This document shows, one piece after another, positions 35,858 to 46,276 of a stretch of 64,000 nucleotides of DNA; position 1 is the stretch's first letter; each line of letters begins with the position of its first letter. The stretch is from Ostreococcus lucimarinus (taxonomy: Eukaryota). The notes beneath the pieces were generated by a model. The model made no database searches. It was not told the origin of the DNA and saw only the letters and a program-made list of their open reading frames with translations. Both the position numbers and the translations under genes were made by a program. The stretch is taken from the NCBI GenBank assembly GCA_000092065.1, contig CP000586.1, one strand, 5' to 3'.

Positions 35858-38800
35858 ATGGCGCGGTCGACGGCGTCGCCGCGCGGCGACGCGGTCGCGG
35901 CGCGCGCGGGCGGCGCGGGCGCGCGGGGAGGTCGCGACCGCGCGACGCGCGCGCGCGGCGGCGCGCGATGCGCGGCGCGACGGACGCGGCGACGCGCGAG
36001 CGCGGTGAAGGTTGGATCTTTGAAGCGCGACGACGACGCGCGCGACGACGAAGACGCGAGCGGACGCGCGCGAACGACGCGCGCGGCGGAGGAAACGAGC
36101 GAGGAGACGTCGACGTCGGAAGACGCGACGACGGGGGAAACGACGAGCGGCTCGGCGAAGATGATCGTCGATAGCGGGGAGGTGGTGGACGAGCGGGACG
36201 GCGCGGGCGGGACGGTGCGGTTGCGTCGACAGCCGAAGGCGGAGGAGTCGACGACGCCGGGAGGGACGGTTCGTAAGAAGGTTGATCCGTCGCGAGGGGT
36301 TCGACCGGGGTTTAAGCGGTCGTACGCGCGAGAGGCGTTGCAGAGAGTCCGTCGGGACGCGGCGGACGCGCTGGACAACATGCGAGCGAGCCGAGACGAC
36401 GCGGGGGCGTCGTCGTCGAAGGCTTCCGTCGGCGGTGATGACGAATTGTCTCGAGCGAAAGTGGCTGGCGAAGCCATGGCGCTCGCGAAAGTCACCGCCG
36501 ACGCGCTCAGAGGAACCGGACCGATCACGATGGAAGAGTGGAGCTCGGCGATGTCCACGGCGTTGTCCGCGGTGTGGCGCGAACTCTGGTATCGATGGAG
36601 TTCTGTTTTGCGACGTTCGGCGTCTTGGGCGCTCGCAATTTCAGCCGTGATCTCCGCGGCGTTTCATTACATCGTCGGCCCGGCGTTCGTCAGTCCGAGA
36701 CTTCCCATGATCGGCGACATCGCGAGTTCGGCGGTCGGGCGTCCCGTGCGCGTCGGGAGATGCAAGAGTCTGTCTTTCATGGGTGTTCTCGGTTTCGGCA
36801 AAGTCTTGGAGGTTGGTCCCGTAGTTCTCGGCCCGTCGGATACAGAGAAGAGCATAGTCGAAATAGACTCGCTGAAGATTTCTTACGACGTACTCCGTTC
36901 TATTTTGAGGAGAAAGTTGGTCACCGAGGTGCGCCTGGAGGGCGTCAACGCGACGCTTCGTCAAGGCGCAAACAACTCTTGGTTTGGGTATCCAGAAGAT
37001 ACAAAACCGCTGAGCTCGCGTCCTACGCTCAACCTCGCACCGAGCTCGAAGAATTCAAAGAAGAAGCAAGGCGCACCATCGGTCGAACTGAGAGTTGTTC
37101 GTCTCGACCGAGGCAACGCTAAATTGCACATCACCGGCGATCCAGAGCCGCGGAGATTGAACAATCTTCAAGGAAAAGCGGTGATTAACCACGTGGGTAG
37201 AGTCGAACTGGACCTGAACATGACGCCCGACACGAGACAAACGCCACCCACGAAGCGTCCGACGACTATGCTCGCCGATAGCCCCGTGATGAATTTGCGA
37301 ACGGAGCAAACTCCCGCCATGTCGCGATCTTTGGAGACGGAGATTCAAAGAGGTTCGAATGGTGGGCAGATTCGTGTGTTTGCGACGCTTTCACCGCCAC
37401 AGCAGCGAGGTTTTCGAACTCGGGATTGGCCAGATTTAAAAGTTCGAGCGCAACTTAACAACACGAGCGCCGCCGTTCTCGAGCGCGTCATTCCGAATTT
37501 ACCGATCGACGTGCGTGGCGGGCGTTTGGATGGCGAAGTTCGGCTCATGTGTAACAGTCAAGCGACGTGGACCTTCCCTGATTTTGTCGGCCAACTCAAG
37601 GGTAAACATCTGTGGTTTCACTTCTTTGATTCCACCGATGACTTTGCGGACACCGACGTTGATTTGGTCTTTGAAGGCCAGCGAATGTACATACACGGCG
37701 GCGAGGGACACTTCGGGCATGTTCCGCTTACCATCACGGGCGATCTCGACTTGAACTCGCTTGGTGGTGAATATCGCCTCAGCGCTCAGGTGAGCCCCGT
37801 GGAGATACATGATTTGCGAGAGACGCTGGGCGTGCGTCCTTTGCCTCGTCCGGTGGCAGGAAGTGTGAAGGGCTTTTTGTACTGCTCGGGACCGTTGGAT
37901 TCGCCAGTGTTCACCGGCAGAGCGGAGACCACAGATCCGACTTTAGCGGATTTGAGTAAGGCGAAACCTGGAACGGAGATGGCTTGGAGCGAAGAAGCTG
38001 TCAAGGGCGCCGTGGGCGAAGGTGCAGTCGCGGCGTACGACCGCGTTCCCTTCAAGTCTGCTAACGCAGTATTCACCGCGAATGTTAAAAAAGGCGAGTT
38101 CTCGCTTCACAGCGCTGAGGCGATTCCAGTGGATGGTGGAAAGTTGCGAGGTTCCGGCCGAATTTCGATCAAGCCTGATGCGTTGTTCGACCCTAACGCG
38201 TGCGATGTTGAAGGTACTGGTGTCGATCTCGACTTTCTTAAAATAGCCAAAAGATTGTCCCGAGACGAAGAACTGCCGTGGCTCGATCGCGTGTGCCCGT
38301 CCTCGCCGGCAAACGTGTCAGGAACGTTTGTTGGCGCGTTGTCAGAGCCAATCCTCAACGCCAATTTTACGGTCGAAGATGATGAGTACAAAGGACACTT
38401 GACAATGACACGAGATGGAGTGATGACAAACATTGAAACCCCGGTGCTCGAGATGAAAGCGTCGATCGCGACGAAATTTCAGCCCTTGGAGGAGCAACTC
38501 AAGGCGACGACGGTTGAACAAGCCATCGCACTCGGCAAACCAAAGGTGACTGACGCAGAAGCTGATCTCATGCTGAACGGCGCTGATGTTGCCGCGTGGA
38601 TGAATGAAATAGATGCGGCGGATGCGCCTGATCGTCTCCGTCTCCGCCTCGGGGGGCGCACGCGGGTTAAGGGCAAGTTTGCGCAACCGCGTAACGAGGA
38701 CGGCGAGGAGGTTGAAGACGCGTTGCCAACGTTTTCGGGGCACATGCAACTAGATAATTTACGAGTGAACAAATTAGAATTCGCTCCTAAAATGGCTGGA

Positions 38801-41800
38801 AAGCTCACGGTATCGGAGTCAGGCCTAAAGTTGCGCGCGAAGAACCGCGGTGACGAGCTCTTCGATATGTCTGTAGAAAGCGGAGGCAAGTCCATGGTGC
38901 AAATCCGTCGCAACAATTTGAAAATTTCTGCCGACGTCGATGATTTTGCGGGGAGCTTTGACGTCGCGGGTCTGTTGCTCGACGACTTAGAGTTTGCATC
39001 ATTACGTGGCAAAGTAGAAGCGGCGAGTGCAAAAATTGATTTGCGTGATCGCGTCGGTGTTGGCAGCCTGCAGTTGAAGCAGCCACGTCTGAGTGGTATT
39101 TCGGGGGATTCACTGGAGGCCGACGTCACGTGGGCGGATCGCGTCGTCAGTCTTCAACGCGCGACGTTGAAGCAGGCGAAGTCGCAATACGATGCCGACG
39201 GAGACTATGCCTTGCCGGATGATATCTGGAACTCTTTGCCGAGCGAACGCGTCGTAGTTGAGGTGGAAGAAGTTTCAGAAGTTGAAGAAGTCCTCCTGCC
39301 GGCGCCAGTCGATGACGGCGTCGCGCAGTCGTCGCTGCCGGAAGACGTGCAAGTGATCGAAATCGTTCCGAAAGACGCCAAAAATAATACTGAGACGATC
39401 GTTGGTAAGCGAGTGAGATTTCCTCGTCCAGCGATTTTGGACAAAGTTGGTAATTCCGTAAAGAGTCTCGCCAAAAAACTCGACGCTTTGCGGAAACCGG
39501 CTACCACGACCACCGGCGAAAACACTCGTTCGGGTGCCGATGTTGTGGCTACCGAGCCCGTCGAGCCCGTTTCGAAGAAAGATGGAGTGCCCGAACCGAT
39601 CATCGCACGAGCGACGAAGGATGTTGAGCAGCTCGAAACTGGCACAGACACGGACAGCGAAGGGACTGACGTGGACAAGCCTTCGAGCGCGTCGACTGAG
39701 ATCAAAAACGTTGAAAGCGTCGCCGACGCCGCCGCCGTTGCTGAGACTGTTGCTGAGCAGACGAGTGAAAGCGAGAAAGAAACCTCTCTGATGGAGCCCG
39801 TGTTAGTCGCCGGGGAAGCGGAAGTAGCCCAAAAAGCGAAACCGAACGCCGCGGCGAACGCAGTTCGCGGCGTGTTGCGGTCGGCTCGTAACGTCGTCAA
39901 ATCAAACAAAGTCAACGAGAAAGAGAAGGATGAAAAATCTCGTATCACGCTTTCATCTTACGAGAACGAGTTTAATTCGGACGTTTCTGGTGCGTGGCGC
40001 TTCCGACTCGCGGTGCCTGAGGCAGATATTGAAGAGATGCTTCCAGTTCTTCGTGTCCTTACGGATTTGCGAAAAGGGGCGACGCCCGAAGAGTATGGCC
40101 GAGCCAAGCAAGCGTTCCTCGAAGGTGTCGAAAAAACGGGATACGCGATCGTCGACTTGGCGAGGCAAGTTGATGAAGTTACGACGAAGCAAAAGAGCGA
40201 AGCTCCAGTCGCCGAGTCAGCTACGTCGACGGACGACACGAAGGAAGTTAGTGAGACGACGAAGACATTGCCCGGTTTACAAGATTTGAAGGGTGGTTGG
40301 CACGGTATGATTCAAGCCACCGGCGGCGGCGCTTTGGAGACGTTTGATTCGCCGCAACCGACGGAAACCGTCCTTTTCGACGTTGCCGGTAGCGATTGGC
40401 AATGGGGACCTTACAAAGTTGAACGCGTCGAAGCTCAAGGCGAAGCGAGTTCGAGCGAAGGCGTCAAGTTGACGAGCTTAGAAGTGTCTTCGGACGCCGC
40501 GAGTCTTTCCGTGTCGGGCGCTATCGGTGGTTCTCGTCAAGACGCGACGTTTGCCGTCAGAGACCTCCCAGCGCCCTTACTCGGCGCATTTGTTGGGCCG
40601 CTCATGCCCGAGCAAGACTTGAGCGACTTCCCACGAATAGGTGGCGATTTCCTCGTGCAAGGTCATTTGGGCGGTTCGGTGACGGCGCCCGAGGGCGAGT
40701 TCCTGATGAGACTTCGAGACGGCAAGATCGGTAATGTCAAGCTGAAGAGCGCCGAGTTGAGTGCGGAGTTGAACGAAGCTCGCCGTGCAGAGTTTGAGGG
40801 CGAGGCGGTGCCAGCTGTAGGTTCTGGTCTCGTGCGCATAGCGGGCGTCGTACCGCTTCCGGAAGCGAACGATCAGTCTCTCGCCGTCGACTGGCGTGTG
40901 CGAGAGCACGGCATGACGCTGCTCACGGCATTCGTCCCAGAAGTCGCCGAATGGCAGAGTGGATCGGCCGATATGTCGTTGCACGTCAGAGGTACGCCTG
41001 CGGCGCCTGTTTACGATGGCGTCATGGAAATAAGAAAGGCACGGATCTTGTCTCCTTTGCTCGCCCGCCCGATTTATCCGGCCAATGCGACTCTGCGCAT
41101 CCAGCGCAACACACTTTACGTCGACGACATCGAAGCAAAGAGCGCCAAGGGCGTAGTGCGAATCAAAGGAGCCATGCCGTTGTTGAAGCCAAGCCGCAGC
41201 TCCGGTGGCGAGACGTGGGAAGGTCTCGTAGCTCGCGCAGACACGCAAGGAGGCGTAAAGATGACGATCGACGGCCTCGATGTCCGCGCAAGAAATGTGT
41301 ACAACGGACAGCTGAACGCCGCTATGGTGGCGAAGGGAACTGTCACGGCCCCGGAACTTAGCGGAGATGTGCGATTCTCGAGAGGTACCGCGTTCGTGCA
41401 GCAGCAGCCACCGAACGCGGACGAAATGCTCAATCAAACGAAGTCTGGCGCGTTGTCGGGGGCGAAGAGAGATTCGCGCGGAGTGCTGGCTGGGATTTTA
41501 GAGCGAGCCGCGAGAGCAAATGATCCGAACCACGGCGAAGCGGGCAATCAGACTGAAAATGAACTCATGAACGAGAAGAATCTCGAAAAGTTGCAGAATT
41601 TGCGCTTACGAGGCCTTCATCTTTCTGTCGGACCTGAGATGTCTGTCGTTTACCCGTTTGTGTTGAACTTTGGCGTCAGCGGCGAACTCACGCTCGATGG
41701 CGTGATTGATGCAGGCCTTTTACGACCGAACGGCTCGCTTCTGTTCGATCGCGGTGACGTCAACTTGGTGGCGACACAAATCAGACTCGATCGAGACCAC

Positions 41801-42400
41801 CCGAACAGAATTGTGTTCACACCAGAGCAAGGACTCGACCCCTACGTCGACATTTCCTTCCTCGGCACGGATCTTCGAGCTCTCATACAAGGCCCGGCTT
41901 CAAGGTGGACGGACAGCCTCACGTTAACGTCTTCTGCGCAGACTACTCCCGGCGAAGGTGACGCGACGCTGTCTCCAAGTGAAGCCGCTCGCATTTTCGA
42001 AGGTCAGCTGGTGGAATCGCTCCTCGAACAAGACGGAAAAATCGCCTTTAGCAACTTGGCGTCGACGACGTTGGCGTCGCTCATGCCAAAGATTGAGGCC
42101 GGTGGCAACGTCGGCAAGGCGCGCTGGAGATTGACCGCGGCGCCATCGTTGCCGGGTTTGCTTTCACTCGACCCTGACTTGGATCCGTTCAGCAACACTG
42201 GATCGTTTACCCTCGGCTCCGAAGCGGAGATTTCATTCGGCGATTCGTTGCAAGCGACGTTGAGTCGCAACCTCGACGCCGACGAAATGCGTACGGAGCT
42301 GTCGCTCATGTACAAACTTACCAGTAAGCTCCGAATGCAGTTAAAGAGCCTGTCGGCGTCGGCGACGAGAGTGATGTTCGAATTCAGCACGAAAGATTAA
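35858..42400 (+). CDS. TIC236-like: TIC236/TamB-like protein, about 2180 aa (AsmA-like/DUF490 family). It is a candidate chloroplast-envelope translocon linker.
   Basis: An N-terminal TM segment (WALAISAVISAAFHYIVGPAF) is followed by a very long beta-rich domain. The protein ends in a DUF490-like ...LSLMYKLTSKLRMQLKSLSASATRVMFEFSTKD. ATG at 35858. The listed ORF begins at 34838 but runs antisense to Sec6. Confidence 0.6.
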   Translation: MARSTASPRGDAVAARAGGAGARGGRDRATRARGGARCAARRTRRRASAVKVGSLKRDDDARDDEDASGRARTTRAAEETSEETSTSEDATTGETTSGSAKMIVDSGEVVDERDGAGGTVRLRRQPKAEESTTPGGTVRKKVDPSRGVRPGFKRSYAREALQRVRRDAADALDNMRASRDDAGASSSKASVGGDDELSRAKVAGEAMALAKVTADALRGTGPITMEEWSSAMSTALSAVWRELWYRWSSVLRRSASWALAISAVISAAFHYIVGPAFVSPRLPMIGDIASSAVGRPVRVGRCKSLSFMGVLGFGKVLEVGPVVLGPSDTEKSIVEIDSLKISYDVLRSILRRKLVTEVRLEGVNATLRQGANNSWFGYPEDTKPLSSRPTLNLAPSSKNSKKKQGAPSVELRVVRLDRGNAKLHITGDPEPRRLNNLQGKAVINHVGRVELDLNMTPDTRQTPPTKRPTTMLADSPVMNLRTEQTPAMSRSLETEIQRGSNGGQIRVFATLSPPQQRGFRTRDWPDLKVRAQLNNTSAAVLERVIPNLPIDVRGGRLDGEVRLMCNSQATWTFPDFVGQLKGKHLWFHFFDSTDDFADTDVDLVFEGQRMYIHGGEGHFGHVPLTITGDLDLNSLGGEYRLSAQVSPVEIHDLRETLGVRPLPRPVAGSVKGFLYCSGPLDSPVFTGRAETTDPTLADLSKAKPGTEMAWSEEAVKGAVGEGAVAAYDRVPFKSANAVFTANVKKGEFSLHSAEAIPVDGGKLRGSGRISIKPDALFDPNACDVEGTGVDLDFLKIAKRLSRDEELPWLDRVCPSSPANVSGTFVGALSEPILNANFTVEDDEYKGHLTMTRDGVMTNIETPVLEMKASIATKFQPLEEQLKATTVEQAIALGKPKVTDAEADLMLNGADVAAWMNEIDAADAPDRLRLRLGGRTRVKGKFAQPRNEDGEEVEDALPTFSGHMQLDNLRVNKLEFAPKMAGKLTVSESGLKLRAKNRGDELFDMSVESGGKSMVQIRRNNLKISADVDDFAGSFDVAGLLLDDLEFASLRGKVEAASAKIDLRDRVGVGSLQLKQPRLSGISGDSLEADVTWADRVVSLQRATLKQAKSQYDADGDYALPDDIWNSLPSERVVVEVEEVSEVEEVLLPAPVDDGVAQSSLPEDVQVIEIVPKDAKNNTETIVGKRVRFPRPAILDKVGNSVKSLAKKLDALRKPATTTTGENTRSGADVVATEPVEPVSKKDGVPEPIIARATKDVEQLETGTDTDSEGTDVDKPSSASTEIKNVESVADAAAVAETVAEQTSESEKETSLMEPVLVAGEAEVAQKAKPNAAANAVRGVLRSARNVVKSNKVNEKEKDEKSRITLSSYENEFNSDVSGAWRFRLAVPEADIEEMLPVLRVLTDLRKGATPEEYGRAKQAFLEGVEKTGYAIVDLARQVDEVTTKQKSEAPVAESATSTDDTKEVSETTKTLPGLQDLKGGWHGMIQATGGGALETFDSPQPTETVLFDVAGSDWQWGPYKVERVEAQGEASSSEGVKLTSLEVSSDAASLSVSGAIGGSRQDATFAVRDLPAPLLGAFVGPLMPEQDLSDFPRIGGDFLVQGHLGGSVTAPEGEFLMRLRDGKIGNVKLKSAELSAELNEARRAEFEGEAVPAVGSGLVRIAGVVPLPEANDQSLAVDWRVREHGMTLLTAFVPEVAEWQSGSADMSLHVRGTPAAPVYDGVMEIRKARILSPLLARPIYPANATLRIQRNTLYVDDIEAKSAKGVVRIKGAMPLLKPSRSSGGETWEGLVARADTQGGVKMTIDGLDVRARNVYNGQLNAAMVAKGTVTAPELSGDVRFSRGTAFVQQQPPNADEMLNQTKSGALSGAKRDSRGVLAGILERAARANDPNHGEAGNQTENELMNEKNLEKLQNLRLRGLHLSVGPEMSVVYPFVLNFGVSGELTLDGVIDAGLLRPNGSLLFDRGDVNLVATQIRLDRDHPNRIVFTPEQGLDPYVDISFLGTDLRALIQGPASRWTDSLTLTSSAQTTPGEGDATLSPSEAARIFEGQLVESLLEQDGKIAFSNLASTTLASLMPKIEAGGNVGKARWRLTAAPSLPGLLSLDPDLDPFSNTGSFTLGSEAEISFGDSLQATLSRNLDADEMRTELSLMYKLTSKLRMQLKSLSASATRVMFEFSTKD

Positions 42401-42407
42401 TTCACAT

Positions 42408-42412
42408 TGTAA
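42408..42412 (+). promoter_or_regulatory. UGUAA poly(A) signal for the TIC236-like gene.
   Basis: TGTAA lies 8 nt after the stop. Confidence 0.4.
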
Positions 42413-42434
42413 TTTTACACGCGTTGCTGCCGCG

Positions 42435-43531
42435 CTAAGGAGCTAACGAGCGTACGCATCCGAGCGCCCGCTCGTCTCGCATCCAGAAAGATTCCCCTAA
42501 AAGTGCACCGTTCGCGGCGTAAATATGAGGACATCCCTCTGTTGCGGCCGAATCGAAACGTACGGCGCGTACGACGCCGCGCGCGACGTCGGACGGATCG
42601 CGCATCAGACGCAAAGCCTTCGCGCCGAGGCGATAAAACGCCTGAAGCGCCGTCGGCCAGTCTCTAATCAAGCGCGTGTCCACCAGACCTGGATCCACTA
42701 AAACGGCCGAGGCGCCACCATCGCCCGACTTCGTCCACTCACGATGCTTCGCCGCGGCGTACGCGCTAATCGCGACTTTGCTCCACATGTAGTCGATCGC
42801 CGGGTTGTAATATCGCCCACCCTCGCCGCCCGTTTTCACCCATCGTCGAAACGCGTCCACGCCCAGCAACCGAGCCGTCGCGCACTGATGCACGAAGGAT
42901 CCGACGAAAACCACCCGCATGCGCGCGCTGGTCTTTCCCGCGCGTCGTGCTTCGTCCACCAGTCTATCCGTCAACCGCACGACGTTTCGAAAATTCACCC
43001 GCGCCGTCGGACTCCCGTCGCCGCGAGACGCCGCGTTCCTATCCGTATTAAACACCGCCGCGCAGTGCACCACCGCGCGCACGTCCACGCCGCGCCGACG
43101 TATCTCACTCAACGACACCTTCATCACGTCTCGCTCGCTTCCCACGTCCAACGGCCCGACTAACTCGACCCTCGAATCCTTCGCCGCGCGTCGACACTCT
43201 CGCGCGAACGCGTTCGCCGCGTCCACCCCTCCCAACCTATACGGCACCACGATCGCGAACCCTTCCTTCGCCAGCGCGAGCGCGCTCGCGCGTCCGATCC
43301 CAGAGCTCCATCCCGTGACGAACACGCCGACGTCCAGCGTCCCGTCTTCTTCGTCTTCTTCGTCTTCGTCTTCGTCTTCGTCGCCTCGCGTCGTTCGCCT
43401 CGCGTCGACGCCGCGCGCGTCCTCGACCGCCCTCGCCACCGTCGCGCGCGCCATCACGCGCGCCAGCGCGAGCACCCAATCGAGCATCACGCACAGCACG
43501 TCCGGGCGCCACATCGCGCGCGGCGTCCACG

Positions 43532-43569
<38 letters not shown>

Positions 43570-43586
43570 TCGCGCGTCGTTCGCAT
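42435..43586 (-). CDS. Short-chain dehydrogenase/reductase (SDR) family oxidoreductase with a long N-terminal extension.
   Basis: VFVTGWSSGIGRASALALAKEGF is the TGxxxGxG motif. The catalytic region follows. The start is uncertain: ATG at 43586 (MRTTRETTTTTTTTTTTTT...) or at 43712. The ORF runs to 44063. Confidence 0.55.
43534..43569. repeat. (GTC)12 microsatellite. It codes T13 in the SDR N-terminal extension.
   Basis: Read directly from sequence. Confidence 0.9.
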
Positions 43587-43710
43587 CGTCCCGTCGTCGT
43601 CGCGCGCGCCCGCCGCGCGCGCGCACCGCACGCGCGCGTCCGCGCCGTCCGCGCGCGCGCGCTCGATCGCCTCGCGCGTCGCCCGCGTGAGCGCGAGCGT
43701 CGGCGACGAC

Positions 43711-45081
43711 ATGCCGCGGCGATTTGACGTCAGAGCGCGACGCCGCGCGACGACGACGACGCCGCGCGCGATGCTCGCCAGGCTCGCGCGAGGCGCGACG
43801 CGCGCGCGCGAGTGCGCGACTCGCGCGACTCGCGCGCGACGCGCCGTCGCGCACGCGCCCGGGAGCGCGACGCGCGCGCGACGCGTCGACGTCGCGGCGC
43901 CGCTGTCGCGACGGCGCTTCGCGGCGAGCGCGACGCGCGGCGCGCGATGCGGCGCGAGCGAGGGCGAAGAAACGGTCGCGAGCGACGCGGCGACGACGAC
44001 GGCGGCGAGCGGGGCGCCGAGCGCGGCGCGACGGAAGCGCGTGCTGAGCGGGGTGCAACCCACGGGGTCTATCCACCTGGGAAACTACTTTGGCGCGATT
44101 AAAAATTACGTCAAGTTGCAAGAGGATTACGACGCGTTCTACTGCGTGGTGGATTTACACGCGATAACCGCCGGAGGACACGATCCGACGGCGCTGGAGG
44201 CGTCGACGCGGACGAGCGCGGCGATTTATTTAGCGGCGGGGGTGTCGCCGGAGAAGGCGAACGTCTTCGTGCAGAGTCACGTGCCGGCGCACTCGGAGCT
44301 GTGTTGGCTGTTGAATTGCGCGGCGCCGATCGGGTGGTTGGAAAAGATGATACAGTTTAAGGAGAAGGCGCGCAAGGCTGGGGAGGAAGTGAGCGTGGGG
44401 TTGTTGGATTATCCCGTGCTCATGGCGGCGGATATTTTATTGTACAAGGCGGATTTGGTGCCCGTGGGCGAGGACCAGCGGCAGCACTTGGAGCTCACGC
44501 GCGATATCGCGGGGCGAGTGAACTCGTTGTACGGGGGGAAGAAGTGGAAGAAGCGCAAAGGTAAGGCGCCGAGTGGGCGCTCGCGAGGAGGGGACGTGCT
44601 GATGGTGCCGGAGGCGTTTACGCCCAAGGAGGGCGGACGCGTCATGTCGCTCACCGACGGAACGGCGAAGATGAGCAAATCTAACCCGGCGGAAGGGTCG
44701 AGGATCAACGTGTTAGACACTCCGGATGAGATCGCGAAGAAACTCAAGCGATGCAAGACGGATGCGTTCGAGGGTCTGGAGTTTGGGAACCCGGAACGCC
44801 CGGAGGCGAACAACCTGTTGACGATGTATCAGTTGTGCACCGGGCTGACGCAAGAGGAAGTGCTGGCTGAGTGCGGATCCATGCGATGGGGTGATTTCAA
44901 GCCGCACCTGACCGATGCCGTCATCGCTCACTTGTCCCCGATTCAAGGTCGCTACAAGGAAATCATGGACGAGCCGGGATACTTGGAGGACGTGTTGAAG
45001 CGCGGCGCCGAAAACGCCAACGAAGTCGCGAATTTGACGCTCAGAGACGTGCGCGACGCGATGGGCTTCGTGCAGTACTAA
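43711..45081 (+). CDS. trpS-like: Tryptophanyl-tRNA synthetase, bacterial/organellar type, with an N-terminal transit peptide.
   Basis: VLSGVQPTGSIHLGNYFG is the HIGH-class motif. ...DLHAIT, KMSKSNP (KMSKS) and full-length similarity confirm it. ATG at 43711. AATAAA lies 10 nt after the stop. Confidence 0.85.
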   Translation: MPRRFDVRARRRATTTTPRAMLARLARGATRARECATRATRARRAVAHAPGSATRARRVDVAAPLSRRRFAASATRGARCGASEGEETVASDAATTTAASGAPSAARRKRVLSGVQPTGSIHLGNYFGAIKNYVKLQEDYDAFYCVVDLHAITAGGHDPTALEASTRTSAAIYLAAGVSPEKANVFVQSHVPAHSELCWLLNCAAPIGWLEKMIQFKEKARKAGEEVSVGLLDYPVLMAADILLYKADLVPVGEDQRQHLELTRDIAGRVNSLYGGKKWKKRKGKAPSGRSRGGDVLMVPEAFTPKEGGRVMSLTDGTAKMSKSNPAEGSRINVLDTPDEIAKKLKRCKTDAFEGLEFGNPERPEANNLLTMYQLCTGLTQEEVLAECGSMRWGDFKPHLTDAVIAHLSPIQGRYKEIMDEPGYLEDVLKRGAENANEVANLTLRDVRDAMGFVQY

Positions 45082-45120
45082 ACACTGGAATAAATTTAAA
45101 GTTTTCAATCAATCATTGCA

Positions 45121-46200
45121 TTAAAGTTCGTCCCTCGTTCCTCGTTCCTCTTCGTCGTCTTCCACGTCGCCGACCTCCGCCAGAATCTCGTCCAGGCTCG
45201 GAATCACGGTCGCGTTCGTCGCGTTCGTCGCGTTCGCGTCATCCACCACGGTCGCGTTCACCTCGATCTCGACCGTGGCGTTCCCCTCGTTCGTGGCGTT
45301 CGCCGTCGCGTTCGCGCCGCCGCCCAAACTCTTCGGTCCGTCCTTGAGGTTGAACAAGTCCAAAATGGAATCGTGCGCCCTGTTCAAGTTGGCCACCGCG
45401 CCGCCGGTTTCTGGCGCGTAAGAGTACAGGCCGTACACCAACGCTCCGCCGACGGTCAAACTCACGAAGCGCTGCGCCAAACCGATCTTTTTCGCCTCCG
45501 CGTCAAACGCCCACATCGGCGAAAAGATTTCGTTAATCGGCACCGTATCGTCCGTCAGATTCGGCATGATCCAAAAGTGTTCCCCGGTAAAGATCCACAC
45601 CACCACGAACACCACCAACCGCACGGTGAAAATCACCGCAAACGTCACCAAAATCGCCACGCACACGTACAGGATCAACTTTTTAAACCAAATCGGCGCC
45701 AGCGGAAACAAGCACATCGCCACCACCAACACCGCGAACAATCCGCTCAGCACCACGCTCTTCCAGCTCATCGGCATCTCGTACGTCCACGCGTAGAACG
45801 CATCCTCCACGAACGTCTGATCGCGCGTTCGCATCAGGTAATGCGGAAACTTGACCAGCTTCACCCGTCCGCTTCGCGCGTGTTTTATCTCTCGCTCGCA
45901 CCGCACGATGTATCCCCGTTGCAGCAGGCACGCCCCGCAGTGCTTTATCCGCATCGCGTTCACCTCGTCTCGCTTCGCCGCGTCCGCCTCCATCTCTCGC
46001 CGCTGCCTCTCGTCCACGGCGCAGTACTCATCGAGCACGTCGACGCGCTCGCGCAGGACGCGATAGAAATCTTTCCCTCGAAAGAAATCGAATCGATTGT
46101 CCCCGAGTCGCGCGCTCCGCGTCTCGGGACCGTCGCGCCCGCGCAGGACGTACGCGAGGTGGTCGATCTCCTGCGCCGCGCGCTCCTTGCGCGCGCTCAT
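45121..46200 (-). CDS. SEC62: Translocation protein Sec62.
   Basis: RGKDFYRVL...RCEREIKHARSGRVKLVKFPHYL is followed by two TM helices, as in Sec62. ATG at 46200-46198. The C-terminal tail carries NAT-NAT repeats and ends in RDEL. Confidence 0.65.
   Translation of the reverse strand: MSARKERAAQEIDHLAYVLRGRDGPETRSARLGDNRFDFFRGKDFYRVLRERVDVLDEYCAVDERQRREMEADAAKRDEVNAMRIKHCGACLLQRGYIVRCEREIKHARSGRVKLVKFPHYLMRTRDQTFVEDAFYAWTYEMPMSWKSVVLSGLFAVLVVAMCLFPLAPIWFKKLILYVCVAILVTFAVIFTVRLVVFVVVWIFTGEHFWIMPNLTDDTVPINEIFSPMWAFDAEAKKIGLAQRFVSLTVGGALVYGLYSYAPETGGAVANLNRAHDSILDLFNLKDGPKSLGGGANATANATNEGNATVEIEVNATVVDDANATNATNATVIPSLDEILAEVGDVEDDEEERGTRDEL
45210..45320. repeat. Imperfect 9-bp (GCGTTCGTC / GTGGCGTTC) tandem repeat. 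It codes NAT-NAT-NAT in the Sec62 C-terminal tail.
   Basis: Read directly from sequence. Confidence 0.7.
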
Positions 46201-46276
46201 GTCGGGGCGTCGCGAATTGGCGCGCGATCGCCGCCGGTCGCGTCACATCGCGACGCCATCGCGCGGCGCCGTCGCG

